A stretch of 32,000 nt of DNA from Acholeplasma laidlawii PG-8A (GCF_000018785.1 NC_010163.1:1200001-1232000), one strand, 5' to 3'. Shown: positions 20,421-30,184, counted from the first letter of the stretch. A program made the numbers and translations. Notes: generated from the sequence alone by a model not told the origin.

Positions 20421-21036
20421 TCACTTTAGCCTTTTCTTGTTTATTTTTGATGGTTTTTAAGCGAATAAACTCTTCTTGGTCTTCAGCTTCTAGTCTTTCT
20501 TTAATCCAATGGATATCTTTATCGAGGTTTGGTAGTATGACATTTTTTAATGCATTATGTCTTTTTTTAGTTTGGCGGATTGCATTGGCTAATCTATAGA
20601 GTGTAGACTCTAATTTTGCAAGTTCTACGGTTAAATCTCTAGCATCTTGAAATGTTTTGTATGCATAGTCAAATTTAGAGTTTGTAGCACGTAATCCATA
20701 ACTTAAACGTATATTAGGTTTTTCATATAATATCACTGGTAAGTCCACACCCATTAAAGAACGGTAAGTGACTTGTAGGTTTTGGTCAATTGGAATTGCT
20801 TTAGCAATCTCACTGACAATACCTAGTGTGATATTTGCATCTTGTAATGCTTGATATGCCTTTTTATAAGTTTGTTGTAGTTTGGCACGTACCTCTGTAA
20901 TATCCGTGACTAAAGTTAATACTTCTTGTATTAAAATATTTTTCTTTCTATCTAATAAAACCTCTCCATTTTTAGCGAGGGCTTCTTTAGCTTTAAGATG
21001 TATTAGGTTACCTTTAGTTGGAATTACTTGGCTCAT
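20404..21036 (-). CDS. ntpD: V/A-type ATPase subunit D (central stalk)
   Basis: Begins with PTKGNLIHLKAKEALAKNGEVLLDRKKNILI, has a coiled-coil character, is 210 aa and follows subunit B. Confidence 0.88.
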   Translation of the reverse strand: MSQVIPTKGNLIHLKAKEALAKNGEVLLDRKKNILIQEVLTLVTDITEVRAKLQQTYKKAYQALQDANITLGIVSEIAKAIPIDQNLQVTYRSLMGVDLPVILYEKPNIRLSYGLRATNSKFDYAYKTFQDARDLTVELAKLESTLYRLANAIRQTKKRHNALKNVILPNLDKDIHWIKERLEAEDQEEFIRLKTIKNKQEKAKVNGKQI

Positions 21037-21042
21037 AAATTA

Positions 21043-22479
21043 TTAGTTCTTTCCAAGCATGCGCTCAATTGTGTCATTGTCATTTAATTCAAATCTTGCA
21101 TATGCTTTTTCTTTGTTAATATATTGACTAATTTGATCTCTGCTTAGTCGGTTTAATTGATCTTCTGGTAATAGACTTAATAAATCCCATCCTAAATCTA
21201 ATGAATCACCTAAACGTCTAGATTCTTCACCTTGATTAATAAAGTGGGTTTCAAATAATTTACCAAACATCATAAAGTGTTGATCACTTGTACTAAGTTC
21301 ATCTTCACCAATTACTTGGCTAAGTGCTGTAACTTCATTATATTTTGCATACGCAGCAAGTAATTGGTCTGCTACGATTGCATGGTCTTTTCTCGTATAA
21401 TCTGCACCAATACCATCTTTCATTAAGCGTGATAGTGATGGTAGTACACTAATCGGAGGGAAAATACCTCTTTGTTTTAATTGTCCATCTAATACAATTT
21501 GACCTTCTGTAATATATCCAGTTAAGTCAGGAATTGGATGTGTAATATCATTATTAGGCATTGTTAAGATTGGAATTTGAGTCACTGAACCAGATTTACC
21601 TTCAATCATACCAGCACGTTCATATAGGGATGAAAGGTCTGAATACATATATCCAGGATATCCTTTACGTCCAGGAATTTCACCTTTAGAAGATGAAAAT
21701 TCTCTTAGGGCTTCACAGTAGCTTGTCATGTCCGTCATAATAACTAATACATGATAGTCTTCATGGAATGCTAAATATTCTGCAGTTGTTAATGCTGCAC
21801 GAGGTGCTAAGATACGTTCAACAATTGGTTCAGATGCTGTGTTTAAAAACATAGCAACTCTATCCATAACATGTGCTTGTTCAAATTGTGATTTAAAGTA
21901 TTGTGCTACGTCGTGTTTAACACCCATAGCTGCGAATACGATACAGAACTTTTCATGTTCTTTTTCAGCAATTTTAGCATGTTTAACAATTTCTACAGCA
22001 AGTTCATTATGTGTTAAACCTGTTGCTGAAAAGATTGGAAGTTTTTGACCTCTAATTAAAGTAGCTAATGTATCAATAGATGAAATACCTGTTTGAATGA
22101 AGTTTTTAGGATATCTTCTAGATACTGGATTCATGGATTCACCATTGACATCCATACTTACATTGGAAAAGATTGGTCCTAAACCATCAATTGGTAGACC
22201 TGCACCGTTAAATGTGCGTCCTAACACTTCTTTAGATAAACCCATTCTTAATGGATGACCTAAAAATTTAGTGTATACATCTTTTAACATCATACCGTCA
22301 GTACCTTCAAATACTTCAACAGCTACGATATCACCCGATATTTCAATGACACGACCATGACGTACTTCATTGTTACCAATACGGATTTCAACGACTTCTT
22401 CATAACCAATATCTTTTGATCCTTCTAAAAAGATAATTGGACCCTTAATCGCTTTTAGACCTACATATTCTAAACTCAT
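21043..22479 (-). CDS. ntpB: V/A-type ATPase subunit B (non-catalytic)
   Basis: 478 aa with V-type B similarity throughout (YPGYMYSDLSSLYERAG, ITEGQIVL) and no canonical P-loop. Confidence 0.93.
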   Translation of the reverse strand: MSLEYVGLKAIKGPIIFLEGSKDIGYEEVVEIRIGNNEVRHGRVIEISGDIVAVEVFEGTDGMMLKDVYTKFLGHPLRMGLSKEVLGRTFNGAGLPIDGLGPIFSNVSMDVNGESMNPVSRRYPKNFIQTGISSIDTLATLIRGQKLPIFSATGLTHNELAVEIVKHAKIAEKEHEKFCIVFAAMGVKHDVAQYFKSQFEQAHVMDRVAMFLNTASEPIVERILAPRAALTTAEYLAFHEDYHVLVIMTDMTSYCEALREFSSSKGEIPGRKGYPGYMYSDLSSLYERAGMIEGKSGSVTQIPILTMPNNDITHPIPDLTGYITEGQIVLDGQLKQRGIFPPISVLPSLSRLMKDGIGADYTRKDHAIVADQLLAAYAKYNEVTALSQVIGEDELSTSDQHFMMFGKLFETHFINQGEESRRLGDSLDLGWDLLSLLPEDQLNRLSRDQISQYINKEKAYARFELNDNDTIERMLGKN

Positions 22480-22496
22480 ATTTAATTATCCTCTCT

Positions 22497-24248
22497 TTAG
22501 AAAATTGAATCAATCGTTTGATCAATTAGATGTTTTAACGTGTCAAATTGATCAGTTGGTTCATTTCCGATTTCATATTTCATTTGAATGACTTGATCAA
22601 ATATACCTGATTTTAAGATTAGTGATAAAGCTTTACCTTTTTCAATAAATCTTAATGAACTATCATATAGGTATAAAATGGTTTCAATCATGTTTAATTG
22701 TTTATGTAGTGGTACGAATGTATCCACTGCATTAAATGCATTTTGTTGGAGGAATCCAGTACGGATAACGCGTCCAATTTCAATTGTAAGTTTTTGATTA
22801 TCTGGTAAAACATCACTACCCATTAAACTTGCAATTTCATTTAATTTATATTCTTCAGCTAGTATACTTAAAATTCTACTTCTATATTTTAAGAATTTAG
22901 GATCAAGTGTATTGTCATACCAACTTGATAAATCATAAATATATTCAGAATAACTTAAGTTCCAGTTAATTGCAGCAAAGTGTCTTTGATGCGCTAGTGA
23001 TTTATCAAGTGCCCAAAATGCTCTAACAAAGCGTTTAGTATTTTGAGTAACTGGTTCACTAAAGTCTGCTCCTTGTGGAGAAACTGCACCAATAATTGAA
23101 ACTGATCCCGTAGATCTGTTTTGATTAATCATCATACCAGCACGTTCGTAGAATTTAGAGATACGGCTTGGTAAGTAAGATGGATAACCTTCTTCAGCAG
23201 GAATTTCTTCAAGTCTTGCTGAAATTTCACGAAGTGCTTCTGCCCAACGTGATGTAGAGTCGGCCATAATCGCAACATGATAACCCATATCACGGTAGTA
23301 TTCAGCAACCGTAAGACCAGTATAAATACTAGCTTCTCTGGCTGCAACTGGCATGTTGGATGTGTTTGCAATTAAAATGGTTCTATCCATTAAAGTTTGA
23401 TTGGTTCTTGGATCGACTAACTTCGTAAATTCTTCCAAGACTTGTGTCATTTCATTTCCACGTTCCCCACAACCTACATAAACGATAATGTCTGCATCAG
23501 ACCATTTAGCGAGTTGATGTTGTAACATGGTTTTACCTGTACCAAATCCACCAGGAATTGCAGCTGTACCACCTTTTGCAATTGGAAATAAAGTGTCAAT
23601 GACACGTTGTCCAGTAATCAGTGGTGTAGATAATTCAAGTCTTTCTGTAACAGGTCTTGCTTTTTTAATTGGCCATGTTTGGTATAGTTTTAATTCCACA
23701 TCGCCTGCTTTAGTTTCTAATACTAAAACAGTATCTTTAACTTTATACGTTCCAGAAGGTTTCACTGATTTTGCAATACCTTCTATATGTGGTGGCACCA
23801 TTAAACGATGTTCAATCGCACTGGTCTCTTTAATCACTGCATATACCATACCGCAACCTAAATAGTTACCTTCTTGAACTTTAACTTCGACATCAAATGT
23901 TTGTTCAAAATCCAAACTTGGAATATTAGAACCAGCTTTAATAAATGGACCATCAGAGTCTTTTATTTTTTGAAGTGGTCTTAAAACCCCATCAAAAATA
24001 TTACCCATTAAGCCAGGTCCAAGCATGACTGAAACAAGTTCACCTGTAGGGTAAACTAAGTCACCAACTTTTAAACCTTGTGTGGTTTCATAAACTTGGA
24101 TAACTGTTTCAGTATCAGAAATGGAAATGACTTCTCCAATTAATCTTTTTGGTCCAACATAGACCATTTCTAACATCTTAAATTCGTCTGTAGAACCTAG
24201 TTTAACAACTGGTCCGTTAATTACTTTAATTGTATTTTTCATAAACAT
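22497..24248 (-). CDS. ntpA: V/A-type ATPase catalytic subunit A
   Basis: 583 aa with Walker A GGFGTGKT, then VYVGCGERGNEM and EALREISARLEEIPAEEGYPSYL. It has the non-homologous insert typical of A subunits. Confidence 0.95.
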   Translation of the reverse strand: MFMKNTIKVINGPVVKLGSTDEFKMLEMVYVGPKRLIGEVISISDTETVIQVYETTQGLKVGDLVYPTGELVSVMLGPGLMGNIFDGVLRPLQKIKDSDGPFIKAGSNIPSLDFEQTFDVEVKVQEGNYLGCGMVYAVIKETSAIEHRLMVPPHIEGIAKSVKPSGTYKVKDTVLVLETKAGDVELKLYQTWPIKKARPVTERLELSTPLITGQRVIDTLFPIAKGGTAAIPGGFGTGKTMLQHQLAKWSDADIIVYVGCGERGNEMTQVLEEFTKLVDPRTNQTLMDRTILIANTSNMPVAAREASIYTGLTVAEYYRDMGYHVAIMADSTSRWAEALREISARLEEIPAEEGYPSYLPSRISKFYERAGMMINQNRSTGSVSIIGAVSPQGADFSEPVTQNTKRFVRAFWALDKSLAHQRHFAAINWNLSYSEYIYDLSSWYDNTLDPKFLKYRSRILSILAEEYKLNEIASLMGSDVLPDNQKLTIEIGRVIRTGFLQQNAFNAVDTFVPLHKQLNMIETILYLYDSSLRFIEKGKALSLILKSGIFDQVIQMKYEIGNEPTDQFDTLKHLIDQTIDSIF

Positions 24249-24818
24249 CTACTCACTAAACCATTTCGCGTTTTCATAGAAGTATTTACGTGCTTCTTCT
24301 AAATTTGAAGATACAGTTTCAACAACTAAACGGTTTAAATTTTCATTATAAAGAATAAAGCCTGCACGTATATTAGGATTTAACTTCACCTTCAAGTGGC
24401 TTGGTGCAATATCTTTATCTAATGGGTTTAACTCTATCGTATCAAAAGATTTAAGATCATACTTAGATAGTTTCTTCTTAAACCACTTAACGCTTTCTGG
24501 TGTTTTTCTAAACTCTTTTATATTTTCTTCAAGCGTATCAAATAATTCATCAATCAGATGCATTCTTTTTTCCATAACTAAAAGATCAAGCGTACGTTGC
24601 TTAACTGATAGTTCTTCTTGGTATTGTTTGTAAATATCTCTAGCACGACTTGATAAGATATCTAACATTTCTTCTTCAAGTTCTTTTTTGAATTTTTGGC
24701 GTGCTTCTGACTTCATGCCTTCAATTTCAGATCTTAAAGTTTCAATCTCAAGACTAGATTCCTTTTCAATGGCTGTCTTGAAATATTTACTTAGTTCTTC
24801 GTTATTGTTAAATTTCAT
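24249..24818 (-). CDS. ntpE: V/A-type ATPase subunit E (peripheral stalk)
   Basis: 189 aa with a long charged N-terminal helix and a globular C-terminus. Its stop directly abuts the ntpA start. Confidence 0.75.
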   Translation of the reverse strand: MKFNNNEELSKYFKTAIEKESSLEIETLRSEIEGMKSEARQKFKKELEEEMLDILSSRARDIYKQYQEELSVKQRTLDLLVMEKRMHLIDELFDTLEENIKEFRKTPESVKWFKKKLSKYDLKSFDTIELNPLDKDIAPSHLKVKLNPNIRAGFILYNENLNRLVVETVSSNLEEARKYFYENAKWFSE

Positions 24819-24825
24819 GATACAC

Positions 24826-25140
24826 CTACTTTGTTAGTTTTACACCGATTGCTTTAGATACATAATCATCGACACTCTCACCCATATTTGATTGTCCGTG
24901 TCTATCTGGTATTTCTATAAATAATGGGTTTTGATTTCTAAGTTTTAATTCAGATATTAATTCAGGTGCCAGTAAAACGACCTTGGTAGTGAGTAAAACA
25001 ATCGCAATCGATTCATCTTGCGTAATAGTTTTTAATCTCTCAACAAGGTGTGTTTTCTCATGGATGACTTCACCTTCGATGCCTACTAATCTTAACCCGA
25101 CTAATGTGTCTACGTTGTCACTTAAAAGATAAAACCTCAT
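24826..25140 (-). CDS. V/A-type ATPase subunit F
   Basis: 104 aa. The N-terminus LLSDNVDTLVGLRLVGIEG matches the V-type F pattern (vigD.dtv.GFrLaGi). Confidence 0.8.
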   Translation of the reverse strand: MRFYLLSDNVDTLVGLRLVGIEGEVIHEKTHLVERLKTITQDESIAIVLLTTKVVLLAPELISELKLRNQNPLFIEIPDRHGQSNMGESVDDYVSKAIGVKLTK

Positions 25141-25156
25141 GATAATTTCCCTTTAA

Positions 25157-25609
25157 TTAAGCGATTGCTGGAATCGTATTTAAAATCAAGATAGAAATTA
25201 ACATACCGTAAATCGCAACCCCTTCGCCTAAAGCAACGAAGATTAATGATTTACCTAAGTTTTTTGGATTTTCAGAAATAGCACCAATCGCTGCTGGCGC
25301 TGCTGCTGCAACGGCAATACCCGCACCAAGTGCTGATGCACCAGTTGAGATCGCTGCACCTAGATAACCAAATGCTGCTGCTTGATAGAAAAATCCTGAT
25401 TCAGCTACACCTGGCGTTGCAAACTCAGCTGCAAATGCAAAAGGTGCAATGATTGCTACTGTAAAGAAGAATGTTGCGAATAAACCAATGTGTAACATAA
25501 TTCTTTTTTTAGCTGATAAAGCTGATACTGAACCCTTAAAAACTTTAACTAAAGGTAATGCGATAAAGATTACCCCTAACACGATGATACTTAATAAAAT
25601 CCATTCCAT
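25157..25609 (-). CDS. ntpK: V/A-type ATPase proteolipid subunit K/c with an atypical N-terminal two-TM extension
   Basis: The C-terminal 75 aa form a canonical c-subunit hairpin: GAAISTGASALGAGIAVAAAAPAAIGAISENP...FVALGEGVAIYGML. A strong SD AGGAGG 8 nt before ATG 25609 supports the long form. Confidence 0.85.
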   Translation of the reverse strand: MEWILLSIIVLGVIFIALPLVKVFKGSVSALSAKKRIMLHIGLFATFFFTVAIIAPFAFAAEFATPGVAESGFFYQAAAFGYLGAAISTGASALGAGIAVAAAAPAAIGAISENPKNLGKSLIFVALGEGVAIYGMLISILILNTIPAIA

Positions 25610-25621
25610 AATTCTTTCCTC

Positions 25622-27535
25622 CTAAGATATTGGATTAAACACAATTCCGTCACCATCATAGTAACGTGAAAACATTTCATAAAACTCTAATCTTAATACT
25701 TGAATACTTACTAGTAAACCTTCAAGACCCATAACAAATAAGTTACCTAATACTAAGACAACAAGGTTTGTACCACCATTTGCTAAAGTATTAACTACCA
25801 TCATTAACCCCGCATGCACTAAAACGAATCCGGCAACACGTAAGAATGATAAGGTGTTTGTTACATAACTTAATATAATTTCAAACATTTCAAATACTGC
25901 TTCTGTTAAGAATCCACCAACACCATCAGGAAACATTGCTTCCCCATGGAATTTACGTTCAATTGGTTCTTGTAAGAACATCAGTACGACTGGTATACCA
26001 ATGAATAATAGGATAGGTATAATTGAGAACAATCCAGGAATTTGTAACAACATACCACCTGCGATACCAAATAAGATATAACCATAAAATATGAGACCAG
26101 CTAGACCATTAGGGGAAGCGATTGCTTTTGCATATTCTTTAAGTTTAAACTTATAGAATGTGCTTACAAAGATTGACATTAAGAGTAACATCGCACCAAA
26201 GCTTACACTGAGTAACACGAGTGTCATCGTATTACTAGATGACATCGCGTGAAATGGTAGGAAATCTAAGCCTAACCAATCATAAAGTGGCATTAAGAAT
26301 TCTTGGTTACCAAAGAATTCACCATAAATAAGACCGAAGAATGCGCCACTTAAGCCGATTCTAGCAATAATTGGGCCTAAACTCCAATTTTTAAACTTAC
26401 CTAGTAAGAATCCTATGAGTGATAATAATAACCCTTGACCTAAGTCACCAAACATCATACCAAATAATAAGGTATAAGTGATTGCCATAAGGTTTGTAGG
26501 ATCAATACTACCATAGGTTGGCGTACCATACATTTCAACATAAGTTTCAAATGGTTTACTAAACCAATTGTTTTTAAGTTTAGTAGGTGGTGTAAAGCGT
26601 CTATCACTTTGAGCTTCTGATGCATCGACACTTAAGTTGCCTAAACCATCAAATAACTTTTCAAATTGAGACACTTTGTTAGCTTCAACAAATCCAGAAA
26701 TTGACATTCTGTCACCAAGTAACACAACGTGACGTCTTGATTTGTACATGAGATCAATAAACTCTAATTCACCTTTAATGATACCTAGACGTTCTTGATA
26801 TTTTAGTACTAAATCAATTAAGATTTGTCTAAACTCTTTAATCTCTTGTTCGTTTTTCTTAATCACTTCTCTTAATGCTTCTTGAGCATTTTCTGGTGTA
26901 CCATGTACAAAGTCAGGAATGTAAACACGCTCAAAGTATAGTGATGTAAATAAGTTATCAATTTCGCGTTTATATTCATTAGACGTTAAATATAGACACC
27001 ATAACTCTTTAGTTTCTTTTTCTTCCGTAAAAGGAATAAAGATAAATGGTTTATGACTATAATAACTAATACGTTCGATACTATCAAATGGTAGTTTACC
27101 AATACGTACAGTAACAAATTTAGTAGAGAATAAATCATCAAATGATAATTCTAAATCCGCTAAATTTTCTAATTGCTTTAAAGCAATCAATATATTAGAG
27201 TTTTCTTGCTCTAATGCTTTAATATCATCAAATTCTATTTTAAATTCTTGGTGAGATTTTAAAATATATTGATGCATATCATCTAAAGTTGTCTTTAATT
27301 TTCTTGTTTTAACAGGCAGTAAGGTTAAGTTAAGCTCTTCTTCAATCTCATGGATTTGTTCAAGTAACTCTGTTGCAGGGTTTGTACCCTCAAAAGTAGT
27401 TGAACCATGCACAGTACTTAAAATCTTTTGATTATCTACTGGATGGAATCCTGAAAAATCAATGAATCTTCTTAAGACCTCATCGACCATACTTTTATCC
27501 GCTGTTAAGTTGACTAATTTCATTTTTGTTATCAT
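25622..27535 (-). CDS. ntpI: V/A-type ATPase subunit I (a-subunit, stator/proton channel)
   Basis: 637 aa with a soluble coiled N-terminal half and a polytopic C-terminal half. It contains the conserved LSFLRVAGFVLVH (essential Arg) region. Confidence 0.9.
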   Translation of the reverse strand: MITKMKLVNLTADKSMVDEVLRRFIDFSGFHPVDNQKILSTVHGSTTFEGTNPATELLEQIHEIEEELNLTLLPVKTRKLKTTLDDMHQYILKSHQEFKIEFDDIKALEQENSNILIALKQLENLADLELSFDDLFSTKFVTVRIGKLPFDSIERISYYSHKPFIFIPFTEEKETKELWCLYLTSNEYKREIDNLFTSLYFERVYIPDFVHGTPENAQEALREVIKKNEQEIKEFRQILIDLVLKYQERLGIIKGELEFIDLMYKSRRHVVLLGDRMSISGFVEANKVSQFEKLFDGLGNLSVDASEAQSDRRFTPPTKLKNNWFSKPFETYVEMYGTPTYGSIDPTNLMAITYTLLFGMMFGDLGQGLLLSLIGFLLGKFKNWSLGPIIARIGLSGAFFGLIYGEFFGNQEFLMPLYDWLGLDFLPFHAMSSSNTMTLVLLSVSFGAMLLLMSIFVSTFYKFKLKEYAKAIASPNGLAGLIFYGYILFGIAGGMLLQIPGLFSIIPILLFIGIPVVLMFLQEPIERKFHGEAMFPDGVGGFLTEAVFEMFEIILSYVTNTLSFLRVAGFVLVHAGLMMVVNTLANGGTNLVVLVLGNLFVMGLEGLLVSIQVLRLEFYEMFSRYYDGDGIVFNPIS

Positions 27536-27543
27536 AAGGACCT

Positions 27544-28575
27544 CTAAAATACCATCATGGTTCTGATTTCACTTTCTGGTACACTGTATCTTATACCTTC
27601 TATTAAGTGAATTAAATTACTTACTTCTAAATCTGATAAGATCATATAACCTAAGAAGACCATCGATGGATGTGTACCATAATACATCAGTTTATTTGCG
27701 ATCTTATATTGCATATGATCTGTAAAATATTCTAAATATATTTGGTCATGTTCACCCACAAATGCTTTATCGCCCATTTCAATGATGCGATTTAAGATTT
27801 GATTTGGATCTTCTACTTTTAGGATTTGATCTAACTTTTCTTCTCCAATGCGATTGGTTGGAATCAGTGTAGATTTAATCTCTAAATTACTTACTTTATA
27901 ATATTTCTTTAAACGATAAATCTTAGTGATGTTTTCAATTTCAATTTTGGATTTGAAAACATCTTCTAATTCTTTTTTACGATTACCTTTGTAATGTTTT
28001 TGAATATGTGTGAAGGCGTAATCGTAATAATCATTTTCAAATAAAGCTTCAAACTCATAATACTTAATATCTTCGTTTTTAATGTTTCTAAAACTCTTTA
28101 ACATCTCTTGATATTTAGTACCTTTTAATGCCTCAACAAATTCTGCTAAATTCTTTGTGAGTGCAATAGCTTCAAAATCAATTTTGGAATACTGGTTAAA
28201 GTAGACCGGTAAATCTTTAACAACATCATATACTTCACTAGAAATAAAACTACGTATCATCGATAAGAGTACTTCATGTTCTTGATGTAGAAGACTCAGC
28301 AAATAAAAAGATTGATCTTTCATCTTTAAGAATTTAATGATACGCATTAAATCATTAAATTTTTGACGACGAATGAGACCTTCAAGTCGACTTCTATTAA
28401 TTGTATTTTCTGAAACCTTACTTAAAATATCTTGATAACCTGGATGTTTCTTCAAGAATGAAGATACATCAGAAAGTGATCTTTTTTTAAGTAGTTCATC
28501 ATAATCACTAGATTTTAAGGCATTCGCACGAATGGTCTTAATCTTAGTAATTAGTGCATTATGTGCGCCAATCAA
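27544..28575 (-). CDS. ntpC: V/A-type ATPase subunit C (eukaryotic d homologue)
   Basis: 343 aa, all-helical. Assigned from operon position and size; there is a 4-nt overlap with the upstream gene. Confidence 0.75.
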   Translation of the reverse strand: MIGAHNALITKIKTIRANALKSSDYDELLKKRSLSDVSSFLKKHPGYQDILSKVSENTINRSRLEGLIRRQKFNDLMRIIKFLKMKDQSFYLLSLLHQEHEVLLSMIRSFISSEVYDVVKDLPVYFNQYSKIDFEAIALTKNLAEFVEALKGTKYQEMLKSFRNIKNEDIKYYEFEALFENDYYDYAFTHIQKHYKGNRKKELEDVFKSKIEIENITKIYRLKKYYKVSNLEIKSTLIPTNRIGEEKLDQILKVEDPNQILNRIIEMGDKAFVGEHDQIYLEYFTDHMQYKIANKLMYYGTHPSMVFLGYMILSDLEVSNLIHLIEGIRYSVPESEIRTMMVF

Positions 28576-28889
28576 TTATCTTCACCTAATATAAAATCCA
28601 TTAGTTCTTTTAACCAAACATCTTTATTAGCTTCATATTGCTTAACGATGTTTGCTTCCCTAATGGCATTTTTTTCTTGATATTGAACAAGACGTTGTTC
28701 AAATAATATTTGAGCATCAACCTCTAATTGTTTGGTTTGTTTCTCAAGTTCAAGTAGTTGTTGATTCTTTAAATCAGCCTTCATTTCTTTAAAGGAATTG
28801 AAGAGTTCTTCTTTTTCTCTTTTTAATTCTTCAATTTCTAATCTGGCTTGTTGATCGAGTTGAATAACCTCACGAATTAATGTTTTCAT
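28572..28889 (-). CDS. V/A-type ATPase small coiled-coil stalk subunit (G/H-like)
   Basis: 105 aa, highly charged heptad-rich sequence. It is the first gene of the operon, like the small stalk gene that opens enterococcal and Thermus V-ATPase operons. Assigned from context only. Confidence 0.55.
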   Translation of the reverse strand: MKTLIREVIQLDQQARLEIEELKREKEELFNSFKEMKADLKNQQLLELEKQTKQLEVDAQILFEQRLVQYQEKNAIREANIVKQYEANKDVWLKELMDFILGEDN

Positions 28890-28982
28890 AGTCTTTTATT
28901 CGCCTTCTTTGCTTACTTTTATTTCTATCATTTATGTTTATGCATCGTTATGTATATGATAGCATAATTTTGTACCTTTTTC

Positions 28983-29011
28983 ATTATAGTCCTATGCTTT
29001 TTAAATTACAA
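28983..29011 (-). promoter_or_regulatory. Candidate V-ATPase operon promoter (TTGTAA-17-TATAAT)
   Basis: On the minus strand, TTGTAA (29011-29006) and TATAAT (28988-28983) are separated by 17 nt, directly downstream of the gap terminator. Confidence 0.55.
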
Positions 29012-29015
29012 GGGT

Positions 29016-29051
29016 AAAAAAGATAAAACCCCGCAACCTAGGCTACGGGGT
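29016..29051 (-). terminator. Rho-independent terminator after gap
   Basis: Stem ACCCCG (29029-29034) / CGGGGT (29046-29051). The minus transcript continues UUUUAUCUUUUUU. Confidence 0.75.
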
Positions 29052-29067
29052 AAGATCGATTGCTATT

Positions 29068-30081
29068 TTACTTAGTTAAATTAGCGATTTTTGCCATTAC
29101 TCTGATTAGTTGAGCAGTATATGACATTTCATTGTCATACCAACCCATAACTTTAACAAATTTAGCATCTGTCTTTAAGATTTGAGTTGTGTTTGCATCA
29201 TAAACTGATCCAAAATGAGAACCAATTACGTCAGCAGAAACGATTGGATCTGGTTGATATTGTAATGATTCGTTAGCAGCAGCTTTGAAAGCAGCATCAA
29301 TTTCAGCTAATGTTACTTCTTTACCTAATTCAACTGTTAAGTCAACGATTGAACCAGTAATTGTAGGTACACGTAAAGCTGTTCCGTCTAATTTACCTTT
29401 TAATTGAGGTAATACTAAACCGATTGCAGCAGCAGCTCCTGTTGAAGATGGAATAATGCTAGCAGCAGCAGCACGTCCACGTCTTGACATGAAACCTTTT
29501 TTGTGTGGTTGATCCATTAATGATTGGTCATTAGTGTAAGCATGAACAGTAGTCATGAAACCTTTAACGATACCAAAGTTGTCATCTAAAACTTTTGCTA
29601 AAGGAGCTAAAGCATTAGTTGTACATGATGCAGCTGAAACGATTGTTTCAGTTCCATCTAAGATGTCATCGTTTACGTTGTAAACAACAGTTTTAACGCC
29701 TTCACCTGTTGCTGGTGCAGAAACTACAACTTTCTTAGCACCCGCTTTGATGTGTAAACCAGCTTTTTCAGCTGATGTGAATAATCCTGTTGACTCTAAT
29801 ACTACGTCAACACCAAGTGTACCCCATGGTAACTCAGATGGATCTTTTTGAGCGTAAACAGTGATTGATTTACCATCAACTACTAATTTATCTCCGTTTG
29901 TTGATACTTCATGACCTTTGAAAGGACCTTGAGCTGTATCATACTTTAAAAGGTAAGCAAGAGTTTCTGTATCAGTTAAATCGTTGATTGCCACAACATC
30001 AAATGCTGGGTTATCTACCATTAAACGAAACGCAAGTCTACCAATACGACCAAATCCGTTAATTGCTACTTTGATAGCCAT
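29068..30081 (-). CDS. gap: Glyceraldehyde-3-phosphate dehydrogenase, type I
   Basis: Contains INGFGRIGR and the active site ASCTTNALAP, ends with WYDNEMSY, and is 337 aa. An SD GGAGGA lies upstream. Confidence 0.95.
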   Translation of the reverse strand: MAIKVAINGFGRIGRLAFRLMVDNPAFDVVAINDLTDTETLAYLLKYDTAQGPFKGHEVSTNGDKLVVDGKSITVYAQKDPSELPWGTLGVDVVLESTGLFTSAEKAGLHIKAGAKKVVVSAPATGEGVKTVVYNVNDDILDGTETIVSAASCTTNALAPLAKVLDDNFGIVKGFMTTVHAYTNDQSLMDQPHKKGFMSRRGRAAAASIIPSSTGAAAAIGLVLPQLKGKLDGTALRVPTITGSIVDLTVELGKEVTLAEIDAAFKAAANESLQYQPDPIVSADVIGSHFGSVYDANTTQILKTDAKFVKVMGWYDNEMSYTAQLIRVMAKIANLTK

Positions 30082-30170
30082 ATGTAATTCCTCCTAATAT
30101 TTTGATTTTTATTCACTACTATTTTATCATAATAATTTTATTATGCTCATATTTTAGGATATTTTCGAAT

Positions 30171-30184
30171 TGTAAACGTTTACT
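30171..30184. promoter_or_regulatory. cre-like / LacI-family operator palindrome TGTAAACGTTTACT
   Basis: Every constrained position of the cre consensus WTGNAANCGNWNNCW is matched (with T at 30170). It lies in the divergent gap / CYTH intergenic region, about 90 nt upstream of the gap start. Confidence 0.55.

Noticed and set aside
20070-23865. ORFs 20070-20255 (+), 21839-22048 (+), 23132-23371 (-) and 23527-23865 (+)
   Set aside because: They are embedded in the sipW-like gene, ntpB and ntpA, either antisense or out of frame. None has an SD, and the host genes are full length and conserved.
20404-28889. V-ATPase operon as a recently acquired genomic island
   Set aside because: By eye there is no compositional break relative to neighbouring genes. 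No flanking repeats, tRNA insertion site or mobility genes are present, and codon usage and SD style match the rest of the window. Confirmation would need quantitative GC and codon analysis and comparison with related genomes.
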